Source: an uncultured Synergistales bacterium (lineage in GTDB: Bacteria; Synergistota; Synergistia; Synergistales; Aminobacteriaceae). Taken from it: DNA of 64,000 bases. Made by a program: the position numbers and the translations under genes. The stretch spans positions 4,500-68,499 of the forward strand of contig CAJOES010000014.1 in assembly GCA_905233455.1 (NCBI GenBank), given 5' to 3'. The notes beneath the pieces are model-generated. The model was not told where the DNA came from and searched no databases. It saw nothing but the letters and a program-made list of their open reading frames with translations. Below are positions 39,099 to 48,516 of the stretch, one piece after another (within the stretch, counting starts at the first letter, position 1; each line of letters opens with the position of its first letter).

Positions 39099-39887
39099 TT
39101 AAATGCCCCAGAATGTTACGCCCCGTTTGCTGCCTTCATAGAACTCTATGATTCTCTGTATCTCCGGAATGTATTTATCCTTATTGCTCACTGCCTCATT
39201 GAATGATTCAGTGAATGTTTTATCCTTGCTGTATATTTCGCGGTAAAATTTCAGTATTTCCCGCCTCTTCTCCGCATCAAACCCGGCACGCTCAAGCCCT
39301 ACGCGGTTAAGCCCCGTAAGCCTCAAAGGCTCGCCCGAAGCAAGAACGTAATGCGGGACATCTTTCACAACCCGGTAAAGCCCGCCGATCATGCAGTAGT
39401 CGCCTATACGCACGAACTGATGAACACCTGCCATGCCTCCGAACACCGTATGATCTCCCACCTGCACGAATCCGGACAGCCCTACTTTGTTCGCGACAGT
39501 AACATAATTGCCGACATGAACATTATGTGCAAAGTGTACGCCGTCCATGATGAAACAGTCATTGCCTACAACGGTTTCATTTCCTTCGCCGGTTGCACGG
39601 TTTATCGTAACGTTCTCGCGTATCAGGTTATTATTGCCGATACGGACATACGACACTTCGCCCTTGAAGCCGTGATCCTGAGGATCTCCTCCGATTGCGG
39701 TATATTCGCATATCCTGCAGTTGCTGCCTATCGTAACGTAGTCATGAATACTGACGTACGCAACAAGCTCCGTGCCTGCGCCGATTCTGACCTTCGGGGC
39801 AATGATGCAGAACGGCCCTATATTTACGCCGTCATCAATCTCTGCTTCCGGTGAAACTATTGCTGTAGGATGAATATTAACGCTCAC
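39099..39887 (-). CDS. lpxA: Acyl-ACP--UDP-N-acetylglucosamine O-acyltransferase
   Basis: Hexapeptide-repeat protein with an LpxA-type C-terminal helical domain. I chose the GTG at 39887, which overlaps the fabZ stop as GTGA. fabZ-lpxA order. Confidence 0.88.
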   Translation of the reverse strand: MSVNIHPTAIVSPEAEIDDGVNIGPFCIIAPKVRIGAGTELVAYVSIHDYVTIGSNCRICEYTAIGGDPQDHGFKGEVSYVRIGNNNLIRENVTINRATGEGNETVVGNDCFIMDGVHFAHNVHVGNYVTVANKVGLSGFVQVGDHTVFGGMAGVHQFVRIGDYCMIGGLYRVVKDVPHYVLASGEPLRLTGLNRVGLERAGFDAEKRREILKFYREIYSKDKTFTESFNEAVSNKDKYIPEIQRIIEFYEGSKRGVTFWGI

Positions 39888-40345
39888 TTTCCCGCCTCCT
39901 TGTCCTTCGTCAATGAATCCCCGATTATGCACATGAATTCTGCCTCTGCCGCAACTTCATCATCAACATATGCAGTTGTCTTTACCTTAGCCGATACACT
40001 GCGGACATTCGTCAGTTCTGCTTTCGTTACGAGCCTGTCCCCTGGACGTACCGGCTTCCTGAACCTTGCCTTGTCGATACCTGCAAGAAAGGCTATTTTC
40101 CCTTTCTGCTCCTCACCGAGCTTCAGCCCCAGCAGGACGGAAGCAACCTGCCCCATGCTCTCAAGAATCATTACGCCCGGCATTGTGGGATCTCCGGGAA
40201 AATGCCCCTCAAAGAACGGTTCATTAATCGTAACGTTCTTGTAGCCGGTAATGTGCTTTTCATCGTAATCTGTTATCCTGTCTACCATAAGGAACGGATA
40301 ACGCTGTTTCAATGTCTGCATAATTTCAAGTATATCCATTGACAT
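39884..40345 (-). CDS. fabZ: 3-hydroxyacyl-ACP dehydratase FabZ
   Basis: 153 aa. ...LPQRYPFLMVDRI...NEPFFEGHFPG.P.MPGV... is the FabZ signature. Confidence 0.93.
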   Translation of the reverse strand: MSMDILEIMQTLKQRYPFLMVDRITDYDEKHITGYKNVTINEPFFEGHFPGDPTMPGVMILESMGQVASVLLGLKLGEEQKGKIAFLAGIDKARFRKPVRPGDRLVTKAELTNVRSVSAKVKTTAYVDDEVAAEAEFMCIIGDSLTKDKEAGK

Positions 40346-41154
40346 TAAATGCTGTTCTCCTCTCTCAGTTTTTCCGCTAACTTCAAGTGTAATTCATGAC
40401 CCGCCCTCACTGCAATAATATGAGCATTCAGCGGACGGCCAAGTGATGCAAAATCCCCAATAATGTCTAACACTTTATGCCTTACGAACTCATCAGGCCA
40501 GCGCAAGCCCCCTAAAGCCCTTATCTCCTCGCCGACAAGAATAGCATTATCCAGAGAACCGCCGAGTGCCATTCCGTGAGAGCGTAAATATTCTATGTCT
40601 GAAGCCATAGCGAAAGTTCTTGCTCCTGATATATTTTCACGGTAATTAGCCGGGGAATGAACATAATCATAAATCTGCGCACCGATGAATTTATACTCAA
40701 CAAAATATGTTATGTGAAGGCAACTGCACGGGAAAGCGGCGACAAATCTTTTTCTGTCCTCCGAATGAACTATTACAGGCTGTTTTACGCTAAGTGCTGA
40801 TGATGTAGTGATGTCATCTTCGGCATGTTGCGCAATCTCCTCGCACAACAGCTTTGCGCACCCGTCAAGTGCCGGCATTTCTCCGCCGTCAACAGTGATT
40901 CTTGCTCCTGACCATATGCCCAGCCCTGCAAGTGCCGAGAATACATGTTCGCACGTCCTGACGCATGAGCCGTCAGCAAACGCATAATCAGATCCCCGGT
41001 TAGTCCCGGTGAGGGTGAATCCGCTCAAAGGCAGTTCATTATCCCCTGAACGCATAACCACTTCCGGAGAATCATACGGTTCTATCACCAACCTGCATTC
41101 ACGCCCGGAATGAAGGCCAAGCCCGGCAAACTCTATTCTTCCGTTAATGCGCAT
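40345..41154 (-). CDS. lpxC: UDP-3-O-acyl-N-acetylglucosamine deacetylase
   Basis: 269 aa. ...FAGLGLHSGRECRLVIEP... N-terminus and ...DEFVRHKVLDIIGD... are LpxC motifs. Confidence 0.9.
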   Translation of the reverse strand: MRINGRIEFAGLGLHSGRECRLVIEPYDSPEVVMRSGDNELPLSGFTLTGTNRGSDYAFADGSCVRTCEHVFSALAGLGIWSGARITVDGGEMPALDGCAKLLCEEIAQHAEDDITTSSALSVKQPVIVHSEDRKRFVAAFPCSCLHITYFVEYKFIGAQIYDYVHSPANYRENISGARTFAMASDIEYLRSHGMALGGSLDNAILVGEEIRALGGLRWPDEFVRHKVLDIIGDFASLGRPLNAHIIAVRAGHELHLKLAEKLREENSI

Positions 41155-42101
41155 AATTTCTTCTCTATCTTTCTCACGCGCTTATAGAGTGATGGCAGGT
41201 CTGCGGCAAGAACCAACGCCCTTTTTGCCTCGTTGTGAGGTCTTGCAGGAAATCCCGACACCATAGATCCCGCAGGTATATCGTTCGTTACGCCAGTCCG
41301 TCCCGCAATGACCGTCCCTGCGCCTATGCGGACATGATCCGTGATCCCGGCCTGAACCGACATAGTTACGTTGTCCTCAAGCACAGAGCTTCCCGCAATC
41401 CCGGACATTGAACACAGTATGCAGCTGCGCCCTACTTTGACGTTGTGCCCTACCTGAACATGATTGTCGATCTTAGTCCCTGAACCGATGACAGTATCAC
41501 CCATTGTGCCCCTGTCTATAGTGGTGCAGGCTCCTATCTCTACCTCATCACCGATACTGACTCCGCCGGTCTGGGGGATCTTCACGAGTCCTTCAGGTGT
41601 GCGCTCAAACCCGAAACCATCACAGCCGATAACTGCGCCGGAATGTATGAGGCAGTTGCGCCCGACTTTCACGTTTGCGAGCAGTGTAGCATTAGGCTCT
41701 ACGATGCTTCCCTCACCGACAGTACAGCCATCACCGACAAAGGCACATGCACCGATATAAGCATCAGGCGAAATTTCTGCACTGGGCGATATTACTGCGG
41801 CAGGGTGTATTCCTCTGGGCTTTTCGGCACGGGAGAACACAGCGAGAATCTTCGGGAGCAATGCGCGGGGATTGGTGCAGACTATGCCGTCCCGTCCGGG
41901 CGTGAAAAGTTCTTGAGGCGCGGCAATGGGAATATCTGTGCTGAGTTCGTGAATTATTCTGCTGTCCCATATTACGCACAAAGATTCTTTGTCGGCATTT
42001 TCAGGCGGTGATATTCGTTTTATTGTGTGTTTGGGATTTCCTGATACAAATATTTTTTCGTCATTCAATTTTTCTGCGAGATAAGCTAAATCCATCTCCA
42101 T
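41133..42101 (-). CDS. lpxD: UDP-3-O-(3-hydroxyacyl)glucosamine N-acyltransferase
   Basis: 322-aa left-handed beta-helix hexapeptide protein with an LpxD N-terminal domain, positioned upstream of lpxC/fabZ/lpxA. Confidence 0.88.
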   Translation of the reverse strand: MEMDLAYLAEKLNDEKIFVSGNPKHTIKRISPPENADKESLCVIWDSRIIHELSTDIPIAAPQELFTPGRDGIVCTNPRALLPKILAVFSRAEKPRGIHPAAVISPSAEISPDAYIGACAFVGDGCTVGEGSIVEPNATLLANVKVGRNCLIHSGAVIGCDGFGFERTPEGLVKIPQTGGVSIGDEVEIGACTTIDRGTMGDTVIGSGTKIDNHVQVGHNVKVGRSCILCSMSGIAGSSVLEDNVTMSVQAGITDHVRIGAGTVIAGRTGVTNDIPAGSMVSGFPARPHNEAKRALVLAADLPSLYKRVRKIEKKLCALTEE

Positions 42102-42121
42102 TCCTCCTTAAAGTGAAAGTG

Positions 42122-43381
42122 TTACAGATGCCACATTCCCCTGAATCCTACTTTGTCATCATCTGTCCTGTAATAATACAGCTCAATAGATATGTGTTCA
42201 TCAATCCTGTAGCCTAAAGCCCCCTCGTGCACTTCAAGCTGAGGAGACCAACGCCACCATACATACGGCAGCCTTGACCGTACAGGGTTATACTGAATCC
42301 TGATGAAGTATTCATTGTCCGGCCACTGATTCTCCGCACCTGCCCAAAAGTTGCTGAACAGCTCAAGCCTTGCACCGATCCTGTGAACCTCCGAAAAGTT
42401 ATCGAGCGAAAATATAAGTTCCGCGTAAATTTCCGGATCAAACCTGATGAACGGCGGCCCGTAAGCAAAGAACGCGCCGAGTTCTGGATACCTGCCTTCA
42501 ACCCCTGCATATGCCGCAACCCACATCTCAAACAGAAAGTCCTGACTGTCTACACGCGCTTCAAGTTTCGAGATTGCACCGGCGGAAAATCTTATGTTCA
42601 TTTCAGCTCTGAGATTCTCTATTGCGTGGCGTTCCGTCAGGTAATCACGCGCAAATTTCTCTATCTCCGGCCTGTGAAGCTCTGCCCATTTCACCGGGAC
42701 ACCGATTAACGGCGACAATTCCGGGATGAGCCTTGCCTCTAAGTCCGTCCGGAACACTGCAGGGATTGTGCGCGAGTATAACGCCGGCTGTATGGCTAAT
42801 ACCATTGGGCTTGAAGGCCTGAATGCTATTGTGATTGATGTTGATGCAGGTGAAATGTATATCTGCTGTGAGAAGTCCCAGCCGGGCACTATTGCTTTGA
42901 GTATGTCGCGTATCCTTTCGCGCAGTGCCTCATCTGCCCAAGTCAGAGCACTCTGCGGAACGTCATCTATGAGCTTCGATATTTCGTAATCAAGCCCGGC
43001 AATATCATTGCTGAACCATTCTAAAGCTATTCCTCTAAGCTCCGGGATATTTATCTTCACGTCAAGTGAAACAGTTTCGTTTTCGTGTCTGGAAAAAGTT
43101 ATTGCAGGCTCATCACGTCCAGTACTGACCTTAACGTCATAGCCTGCAAAAAGCCTTGATGCAACAATCGCAAGTGTGCCTTCCCGGTCTATCTCCGGAC
43201 TGTCCGGAATCTCCTGCCATACAGCGTTCAGACTCCGCACAACTGCACCTTCAAGCCATTCCGGAACGCCTGATACGGTCATTGCATGGCAGGGGAGGGC
43301 AAATATCATCAGCGCAAGGATTACGCTAAAACATTTCGCCGAAACCGAAATATGTCCTGTTCTCTTCTTCACCCTTTGCAT
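42122..43381 (-). CDS. Hypothetical exported protein (possible outer-membrane protein) between bamA and lpxD
   Basis: The ATG at 43381 gives signal-peptide-like MQRVKKRTGHISVSAKCFSVILALMIFALPCHA. The C-terminal third is aromatic-rich with an alternating pattern (...YFIRIQYNPV..., ...ISIELYYYRTDDDKVGFRGMWHL). No family recognised. The start overlaps bamA by 56 nt; the ORF-track GTG is at 43423. Confidence 0.5.
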   Translation of the reverse strand: MQRVKKRTGHISVSAKCFSVILALMIFALPCHAMTVSGVPEWLEGAVVRSLNAVWQEIPDSPEIDREGTLAIVASRLFAGYDVKVSTGRDEPAITFSRHENETVSLDVKINIPELRGIALEWFSNDIAGLDYEISKLIDDVPQSALTWADEALRERIRDILKAIVPGWDFSQQIYISPASTSITIAFRPSSPMVLAIQPALYSRTIPAVFRTDLEARLIPELSPLIGVPVKWAELHRPEIEKFARDYLTERHAIENLRAEMNIRFSAGAISKLEARVDSQDFLFEMWVAAYAGVEGRYPELGAFFAYGPPFIRFDPEIYAELIFSLDNFSEVHRIGARLELFSNFWAGAENQWPDNEYFIRIQYNPVRSRLPYVWWRWSPQLEVHEGALGYRIDEHISIELYYYRTDDDKVGFRGMWHL

Positions 43382-45059
43382 AATCAACGCGTACACTTCC
43401 GAACGGAGTTTTGACACGTACACCTACGCCGTAATCATCGTGGTAATTGTCCCAGTCCATCTCATCATTAGCATTGCCCACATCATAGAAACCTACAAGA
43501 GTAAGCATGGACAGGACGGGGACTCTAAGCTCAACGTTGCCGAGATAGTAATTGCTTCCCTCAAATGAACGTGTATTGTAGCCCCTGAGAGTATTCATGC
43601 CTCCCAATGAGTAGCGTGCAAATGCCGGGAGCTGATCCTGTGTTGCTGATCCTATGCGCAGACGTGTCGCAAGAAGAAGCGGGTTGCTTGCAGTCCACGG
43701 GAAATCAGAATCTACAAGGCCGTCAAGAGCGGTATTCAGCGCAATATATATCCTCGCCTGTGTCCAGTATTTGAGGTAATCATACTCACCGCCGAGAACT
43801 TTCACTGCCTCCTCAAAGTTAGTGTCCCACACAAAGCCTGTCGGGTACGGTGCATATTCGTCGCGCTTGTCCCATGTCAGGGTAAGTTCTACTGTCTGGT
43901 TCACGCCGTCCCAAGGGGTAAGATCGTCGATATAGCCGGGAATTGCGTAATTGATGTCGTCATATTTTGCGTCCTCATGGCGGAGGGTGAGAAACCAGCT
44001 CCATTCTTCATTAGAAAATTTCTTGCCGACACCAGCAAAGAACGTTATCCTTTCTTCATCGAACTCAAACTGTTTCCTGCCCTGCCTGTAATAATATCTG
44101 TCATCATATGTGTAGTATCTTGCACCGACACGCCATGCAAAAGTTTTTGAGTCCATGTAGGGACTTGAGAACGTCGTCCAGTATGAAGCCTCGTCGCCCT
44201 CATTGAAGCCTACCTCGAAATTCATACCACGTCCGAATATGTTTGTGTCGCTGTAGGTAAGTCCTCCTGATACCCCGCTTTCAGTGCCGTATGCTAAGTT
44301 CAGCCCGATTGATGCCGTGCGTTTTTCCTTAACCGTAACGATAAGGTCAACAACTTCGCCTGACTCGTCCTCGACATCAAAACCTACGTTGACATCCTCG
44401 AAATATCCCAAGCCGTTTAATGTCGAAAGGTCATGGCGGAAATGCCCTACGTTGAATATATCGCCGCTCTGAAGTTTGAGCTGCCTGCGTATAACATAGC
44501 CTTTCGTCTTTGTGTTGCCCTGAACTATGACATATCCCACTTTAGGCTCAAGTATCGTTACGTAGATATTGCCGCCCTGTATCTGAACATCCGAAACCCT
44601 CACCATGACATAGCCGGCATTGTGATAGAGTTCCTGAATCCTGTCGAGGTCATGCCGGAAAAATTCCCGGTTGAAGACACTGCCGGGACGGGAAAATACT
44701 TCGTGCATTAGCTGTTCTTCACTGAAGATGGTATTTCCCTCAAAATTTACTGATTCTATTACCGGGTTTTCACGCACAGAAAATGTAACGGCCATTCCTC
44801 CGCCTTCACGTGTCATGCTGACATCAACGAACGAAAAGAATCCCTGAGCGTATATCGCATCAATGTCATTCTGTATTGTCTCTCTGTCCAGTGTTGTACC
44901 CGGCTTAGTTGTTACTACCCTTAATATAGAAGGTGATACTACTTTTTCATTGCCAGTTACACTGACGGAAGTAACCTGAATTCCTGTAGCTTCCTGAGCA
45001 TATGCACAGGCCGATATTAATACGGACGCTATAACTGCAAGCAAAAATTTGTTTCTCAT
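43326..45059 (-). CDS. bamA: Outer membrane protein assembly factor BamA (short, about 3 POTRA)
   Basis: 577 aa. Signal peptide, POTRA-like repeats (...VTGNEKVVSPSIL..., ...FEGNTIFSEEQL...), an Omp85/D15 barrel, and an aromatic C-terminus ending ...YFGFGEMF. Confidence 0.88.
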   Translation of the reverse strand: MRNKFLLAVIASVLISACAYAQEATGIQVTSVSVTGNEKVVSPSILRVVTTKPGTTLDRETIQNDIDAIYAQGFFSFVDVSMTREGGGMAVTFSVRENPVIESVNFEGNTIFSEEQLMHEVFSRPGSVFNREFFRHDLDRIQELYHNAGYVMVRVSDVQIQGGNIYVTILEPKVGYVIVQGNTKTKGYVIRRQLKLQSGDIFNVGHFRHDLSTLNGLGYFEDVNVGFDVEDESGEVVDLIVTVKEKRTASIGLNLAYGTESGVSGGLTYSDTNIFGRGMNFEVGFNEGDEASYWTTFSSPYMDSKTFAWRVGARYYTYDDRYYYRQGRKQFEFDEERITFFAGVGKKFSNEEWSWFLTLRHEDAKYDDINYAIPGYIDDLTPWDGVNQTVELTLTWDKRDEYAPYPTGFVWDTNFEEAVKVLGGEYDYLKYWTQARIYIALNTALDGLVDSDFPWTASNPLLLATRLRIGSATQDQLPAFARYSLGGMNTLRGYNTRSFEGSNYYLGNVELRVPVLSMLTLVGFYDVGNANDEMDWDNYHDDYGVGVRVKTPFGSVRVDYAKGEEENRTYFGFGEMF

Positions 45060-45064
45060 GATTA

Positions 45065-45682
45065 CTACTGCACCTTGATTACTGAAGTGTTATTCTTCAA
45101 TGCCCTCTGCCCTGTCTGCATAAGCGAAAAAACTTTGTCATATGCAACCGTCTTTGATATTTTCTGTCCCGGCTGTTCTGTTTTCGCCGCAGGTACAGGC
45201 TTCCTCACTGACGCAATTTTCCGGGTCTGCTGTCTTCTGGCTTGTGATGCTTCAGGCTTGGCCGCAATTACCGGAGCTTCCTGAACCTGTTCCTGTTCCC
45301 CTGCCGCATCCTGAACCACTGCAACCGGCTCTGCGATTAGGGGTTCAGCGGGTACAGCCTCGCTTACTGTCTCCTCAATCATAACCGGCATAACAGGAGC
45401 GGGAATGTCCCGTGCAACAGGAGCAACGGCAAACAGCAATATCACTGCCGCCAAGAACGCAGGACGCAATACCGCCATAAGCCCCGGCATAAATCTGCGT
45501 CTCCGTATATCTCTAGGCTGAATCTTTTCCCACACATCACGCCGGAGTGTCTCAAGGTCAGCCTTAGCACATTCAGCTTCCATCAAGGCACTTTCCATTT
45601 CTCCCGTGCTGTAGGATTTGTTCAGCCTCTCAAGCCAGCGTATGATGCCGGCAATTCTCTTTTCTACAATAGCATGTTTCAT
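45065..45682 (-). CDS. Single-pass membrane protein, candidate anti-sigma factor
   Basis: About 205 aa. Helical cytoplasmic N-terminus, one TM (LRPAFLAAVILLFAVAPV), and a Pro/Ala/Glu-rich extracytoplasmic tail. It lies 30 nt downstream of the sigma factor gene. No zf-HC2 motif. ATG at 45682 with a GGGGGAAGGA RBS. Confidence 0.4.
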   Translation of the reverse strand: MKHAIVEKRIAGIIRWLERLNKSYSTGEMESALMEAECAKADLETLRRDVWEKIQPRDIRRRRFMPGLMAVLRPAFLAAVILLFAVAPVARDIPAPVMPVMIEETVSEAVPAEPLIAEPVAVVQDAAGEQEQVQEAPVIAAKPEASQARRQQTRKIASVRKPVPAAKTEQPGQKISKTVAYDKVFSLMQTGQRALKNNTSVIKVQ

Positions 45683-45715
45683 CAATTATCCTTCCCCCTT
45701 CGTCATCTCTCATTC

Positions 45716-46267
45716 TTACGCACCGCTCAGGCCAAGAAATCCCCTTATCTTTGCTATAGCTGTCCTTCTGAGCCGGTATACATGGCTTACGTCAAGCTGT
45801 TTTTCTGCCGCAACGTCCTTCGGCTTCTTCCCCTCAAAGAAGAGTGCATTGACCACTTCAGCTTCACGACCCTCAAGTTTTGCGATGGCCTCTGATGCGT
45901 CAAGCCAGTCATCATCACTGCGCTCCGGCTGTGCTTCTGCAATCTGCAGCCACTCGTCCGGCATTGGCACGGGAGCTTTCTTCTCGGAACGCTCAAGCAT
46001 GTTGATTATCTGCCCGTGTATCTTGTGATATGCGTACGTTGAGAACTTGAACTCCCTTTCAGGCTCGAACTTGTCTACGGCATTAATCAGAGCAAGCATA
46101 CCTTCCTGAATAATGTCCTGCCTGAGTTCATTATCCGAGACGTGAACTTTTCCGGCAATCCAGAATACTAACGGCCTGTAAGCTACAATTAATTCTTCCC
46201 TTGCGTCTAAGTCCCCATCGGAGCATAAACGCCACAAATTTTTCTCATACTCAGGATCTAAGCTCAT
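45716..46267 (-). CDS. Sigma-70 family RNA polymerase sigma factor (regions 2 and 4 only)
   Basis: ...RQDIIQEGMLALINAVDKFEPEREFKFSTYAYHKIHGQIINMLER (region 2) and ...LEGREAEVVNALFFEGKKPKDVAAEKQLDVSHVYRLRRTAIAKIR (region 4). I chose the ATG at 46267. Confidence 0.8.
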   Translation of the reverse strand: MSLDPEYEKNLWRLCSDGDLDAREELIVAYRPLVFWIAGKVHVSDNELRQDIIQEGMLALINAVDKFEPEREFKFSTYAYHKIHGQIINMLERSEKKAPVPMPDEWLQIAEAQPERSDDDWLDASEAIAKLEGREAEVVNALFFEGKKPKDVAAEKQLDVSHVYRLRRTAIAKIRGFLGLSGA

Positions 46268-46928
46268 AACTTTCACCCCAAACTGGTAATTTTTCGCCGT
46301 AACTTCCGGCACGTACATGCAAATCATCATTAGCGAAAACCAAGCAGGGTCTTCCGTAACGCATTTCAACCCCGCTCATAGCGCAGTTAGACACGTCCAT
46401 ATTCCAGACCTTATGAGGATTAAGCCCAACGAAAACGGCATAAAGTGCTCTCATAATTCCGCCGTGAGACACAACCACGATGCGTTTGAATGAACCGTCT
46501 AAAAATATTTTCACAGCCCGAGCCAATCTTGTGTGAAGTTTCTCCCAAGATTCTGCACCTGCCGGAGGATTGAAGAAGGGGTCTGCTCTCCACAGTGCAA
46601 AAGTTTCATGCTGTTCCTTGTCGAGCATTGGTATTGATTGTCCTTCCCATGATGCAAAATCAATTTCCTGCAATTCCGGGAGCAGTATGGGTTTGAGATT
46701 ATGACGGTCTGCTATTGATTGGGCTGTGTAGACGGCACGGTCTAACGGGCTGGTGTATATCACTTCGGGAGGCCATGACTCCAAGCGCGAGGCCAAAGCA
46801 TGAGCCTGCTGTTTTCCTGTTTCAGTGAGCTGTACGTTGGTCTTGCCCTGAAACCGGAATTCTTTGTTCCATTCAGTTTGTCCGTGTCTTGCTAGGATAA
46901 TTCGGCGAGGCTCTCCACTCTGTGTCAA
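46251..46928 (-). CDS. Histidine phosphatase family protein (PGM/CobC-like)
   Basis: ...RIILARHGQTEWNKEFRFQGKTNVQLTETGKQQA... carries the RHG motif, and ...VVVSHGG... is present. TTG start with a GGGAGG RBS. Confidence 0.8.
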   Translation of the reverse strand: MTQSGEPRRIILARHGQTEWNKEFRFQGKTNVQLTETGKQQAHALASRLESWPPEVIYTSPLDRAVYTAQSIADRHNLKPILLPELQEIDFASWEGQSIPMLDKEQHETFALWRADPFFNPPAGAESWEKLHTRLARAVKIFLDGSFKRIVVVSHGGIMRALYAVFVGLNPHKVWNMDVSNCAMSGVEMRYGRPCLVFANDDLHVRAGSYGEKLPVWGESYELRS

Positions 46929-47033
46929 GATAAATATGCCTCCCTTTCTATTTTTATTGATTTAATTTTCGGTAATTATAGCATGTACTATTTATGCCTG
47001 TGCTATTATTACAGCAAAAACGGAGCTGTTTTC

Positions 47034-47897
47034 ATGTTCAACTTCAACATAAAACTCAGGCCGGAAGAAAAAGCTGCCTTTGCTTTGAGGGAATTATACG
47101 AAGCGCGGGGATATGCTTTCTACAAAATGGGACGGTTTGAGGAATATGATTTTTACGCAGATAAAAAGGACTTTCTGACCTCACGGGCTGTTCTCACATT
47201 CACCGACATAAACGGAAAACTTATGGCTTTGCGTCCTGATGTAACGCTCTCAATCATCAAGAGGACGAGAGATATTCCCGGGCATGTTCAGAAGTTCTAT
47301 TACGACGAGAAGATATACAGAGTGCCGAGAAATGCAAACACATTCCGCGAGATAACGCAGACGGGCATAGAGTGTATCGGAGACCTTCAGGACGGGGACA
47401 TATGCGAGGTTCTGGAGCTTGCCGTGCAGAGCCTTCACGCCATTGCAGGGGACAGAAGGTGCGTGCTTGATGTCTCTCACGCAGGGCTTATTGCGGAGCT
47501 TGTGCCGGATGGGACGGACAGGCAGGAGATACTGAAGTGCATTGCGGCGAAGAATACTCACGGACTGCGGGATCTCGGTGCGCCGGAAAAATTGCTGCGC
47601 CTCGTTGAGCTTAACGGTAATATTGATGATGCACTGCCAGAGTTCGACGCAAAGACTGCCGGAATACTGGAGAGACTCAACTCGCACGATGATATACGCA
47701 TAGACTTTTCCGCATTGAGCAGCCTGAACTACTATAACGGGCTTGTCTTCAGGGGCTTCATTGAGGGCATACCGGAGAGCATACTGTCAGGAGGACAATA
47801 CGACAGCCTGATGCGCATGATGGGGCATAAAGACTCTAAGGCTGTAGGTTTCGCGGTGTACCTTGACCTTATAGAGAGGAGCGGAAAGAATGATTAA
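47034..47897 (+). CDS. hisZ: ATP phosphoribosyltransferase regulatory subunit HisZ
   Basis: HisRS-like without the anticodon domain (...LRPDVTLSIIKR..., ...YYNGLVFRGF...). It lies directly upstream of short-form hisG. ATG at 47034 with a GGAG RBS. Confidence 0.85.
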   Translation: MFNFNIKLRPEEKAAFALRELYEARGYAFYKMGRFEEYDFYADKKDFLTSRAVLTFTDINGKLMALRPDVTLSIIKRTRDIPGHVQKFYYDEKIYRVPRNANTFREITQTGIECIGDLQDGDICEVLELAVQSLHAIAGDRRCVLDVSHAGLIAELVPDGTDRQEILKCIAAKNTHGLRDLGAPEKLLRLVELNGNIDDALPEFDAKTAGILERLNSHDDIRIDFSALSSLNYYNGLVFRGFIEGIPESILSGGQYDSLMRMMGHKDSKAVGFAVYLDLIERSGKND

Positions 47898-48516
47898 TAT
47901 TGCATTGCCTAAAGGGCGGCTCGGCCTGAAGGTCTACAAACTGTTTGAGTCTGCAGGCTATGAGTTTCCTGGAATAATGGACAACAGCAGAAAACTCATA
48001 TTCGAGAATGCAGAACTTGATATGCGCTGTTTCTGGGTCAAGCCGTTTGATGTTCCTGTTTATGTTGAGCGGGGAACTGCGGACATTGGTGCGGCAGGAA
48101 AAGATATATTGCTTGAGCGCAGTCCGGACGTGTATGAACTGCTTGACCTGAAGGCCGGAAAATGCAGAATGGCCGTTGCTGCACGGAATGATTTTGTTGA
48201 TGATCCTGAACGAACGCTGAGAGTTGCTACGGAGTTTCCGAACATTGCGCAAAAATATTATTCCGGGCTTGGCCGGGATATAGACATAATATCATTGCGG
48301 GGATCTCTTGAGCTTGCTCCGGTGCTGGGGCTGTCTGATGTTATCGTTGACATTGTAGAGACAGGGACGACTCTGCGTGAAAATAATCTTGTCGTGCTGA
48401 ATTTCTTTGCGGATTTAAGTGCAAGGCTTATAGCGAACAAGTCATCATATAAGTTCAAGGGAGAAAAAATCAGCGAGATAATGAGGAGGCTGAAGGAACA
48501 TGATAAAGATAGTTGA
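47890..48516 (+). CDS. hisG: ATP phosphoribosyltransferase, short form
   Basis: 208 aa. MINIALPKGRL... and ...DIVETGTTLREN... are HisG motifs. Confidence 0.93.
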   Translation: MINIALPKGRLGLKVYKLFESAGYEFPGIMDNSRKLIFENAELDMRCFWVKPFDVPVYVERGTADIGAAGKDILLERSPDVYELLDLKAGKCRMAVAARNDFVDDPERTLRVATEFPNIAQKYYSGLGRDIDIISLRGSLELAPVLGLSDVIVDIVETGTTLRENNLVVLNFFADLSARLIANKSSYKFKGEKISEIMRRLKEHDKDS

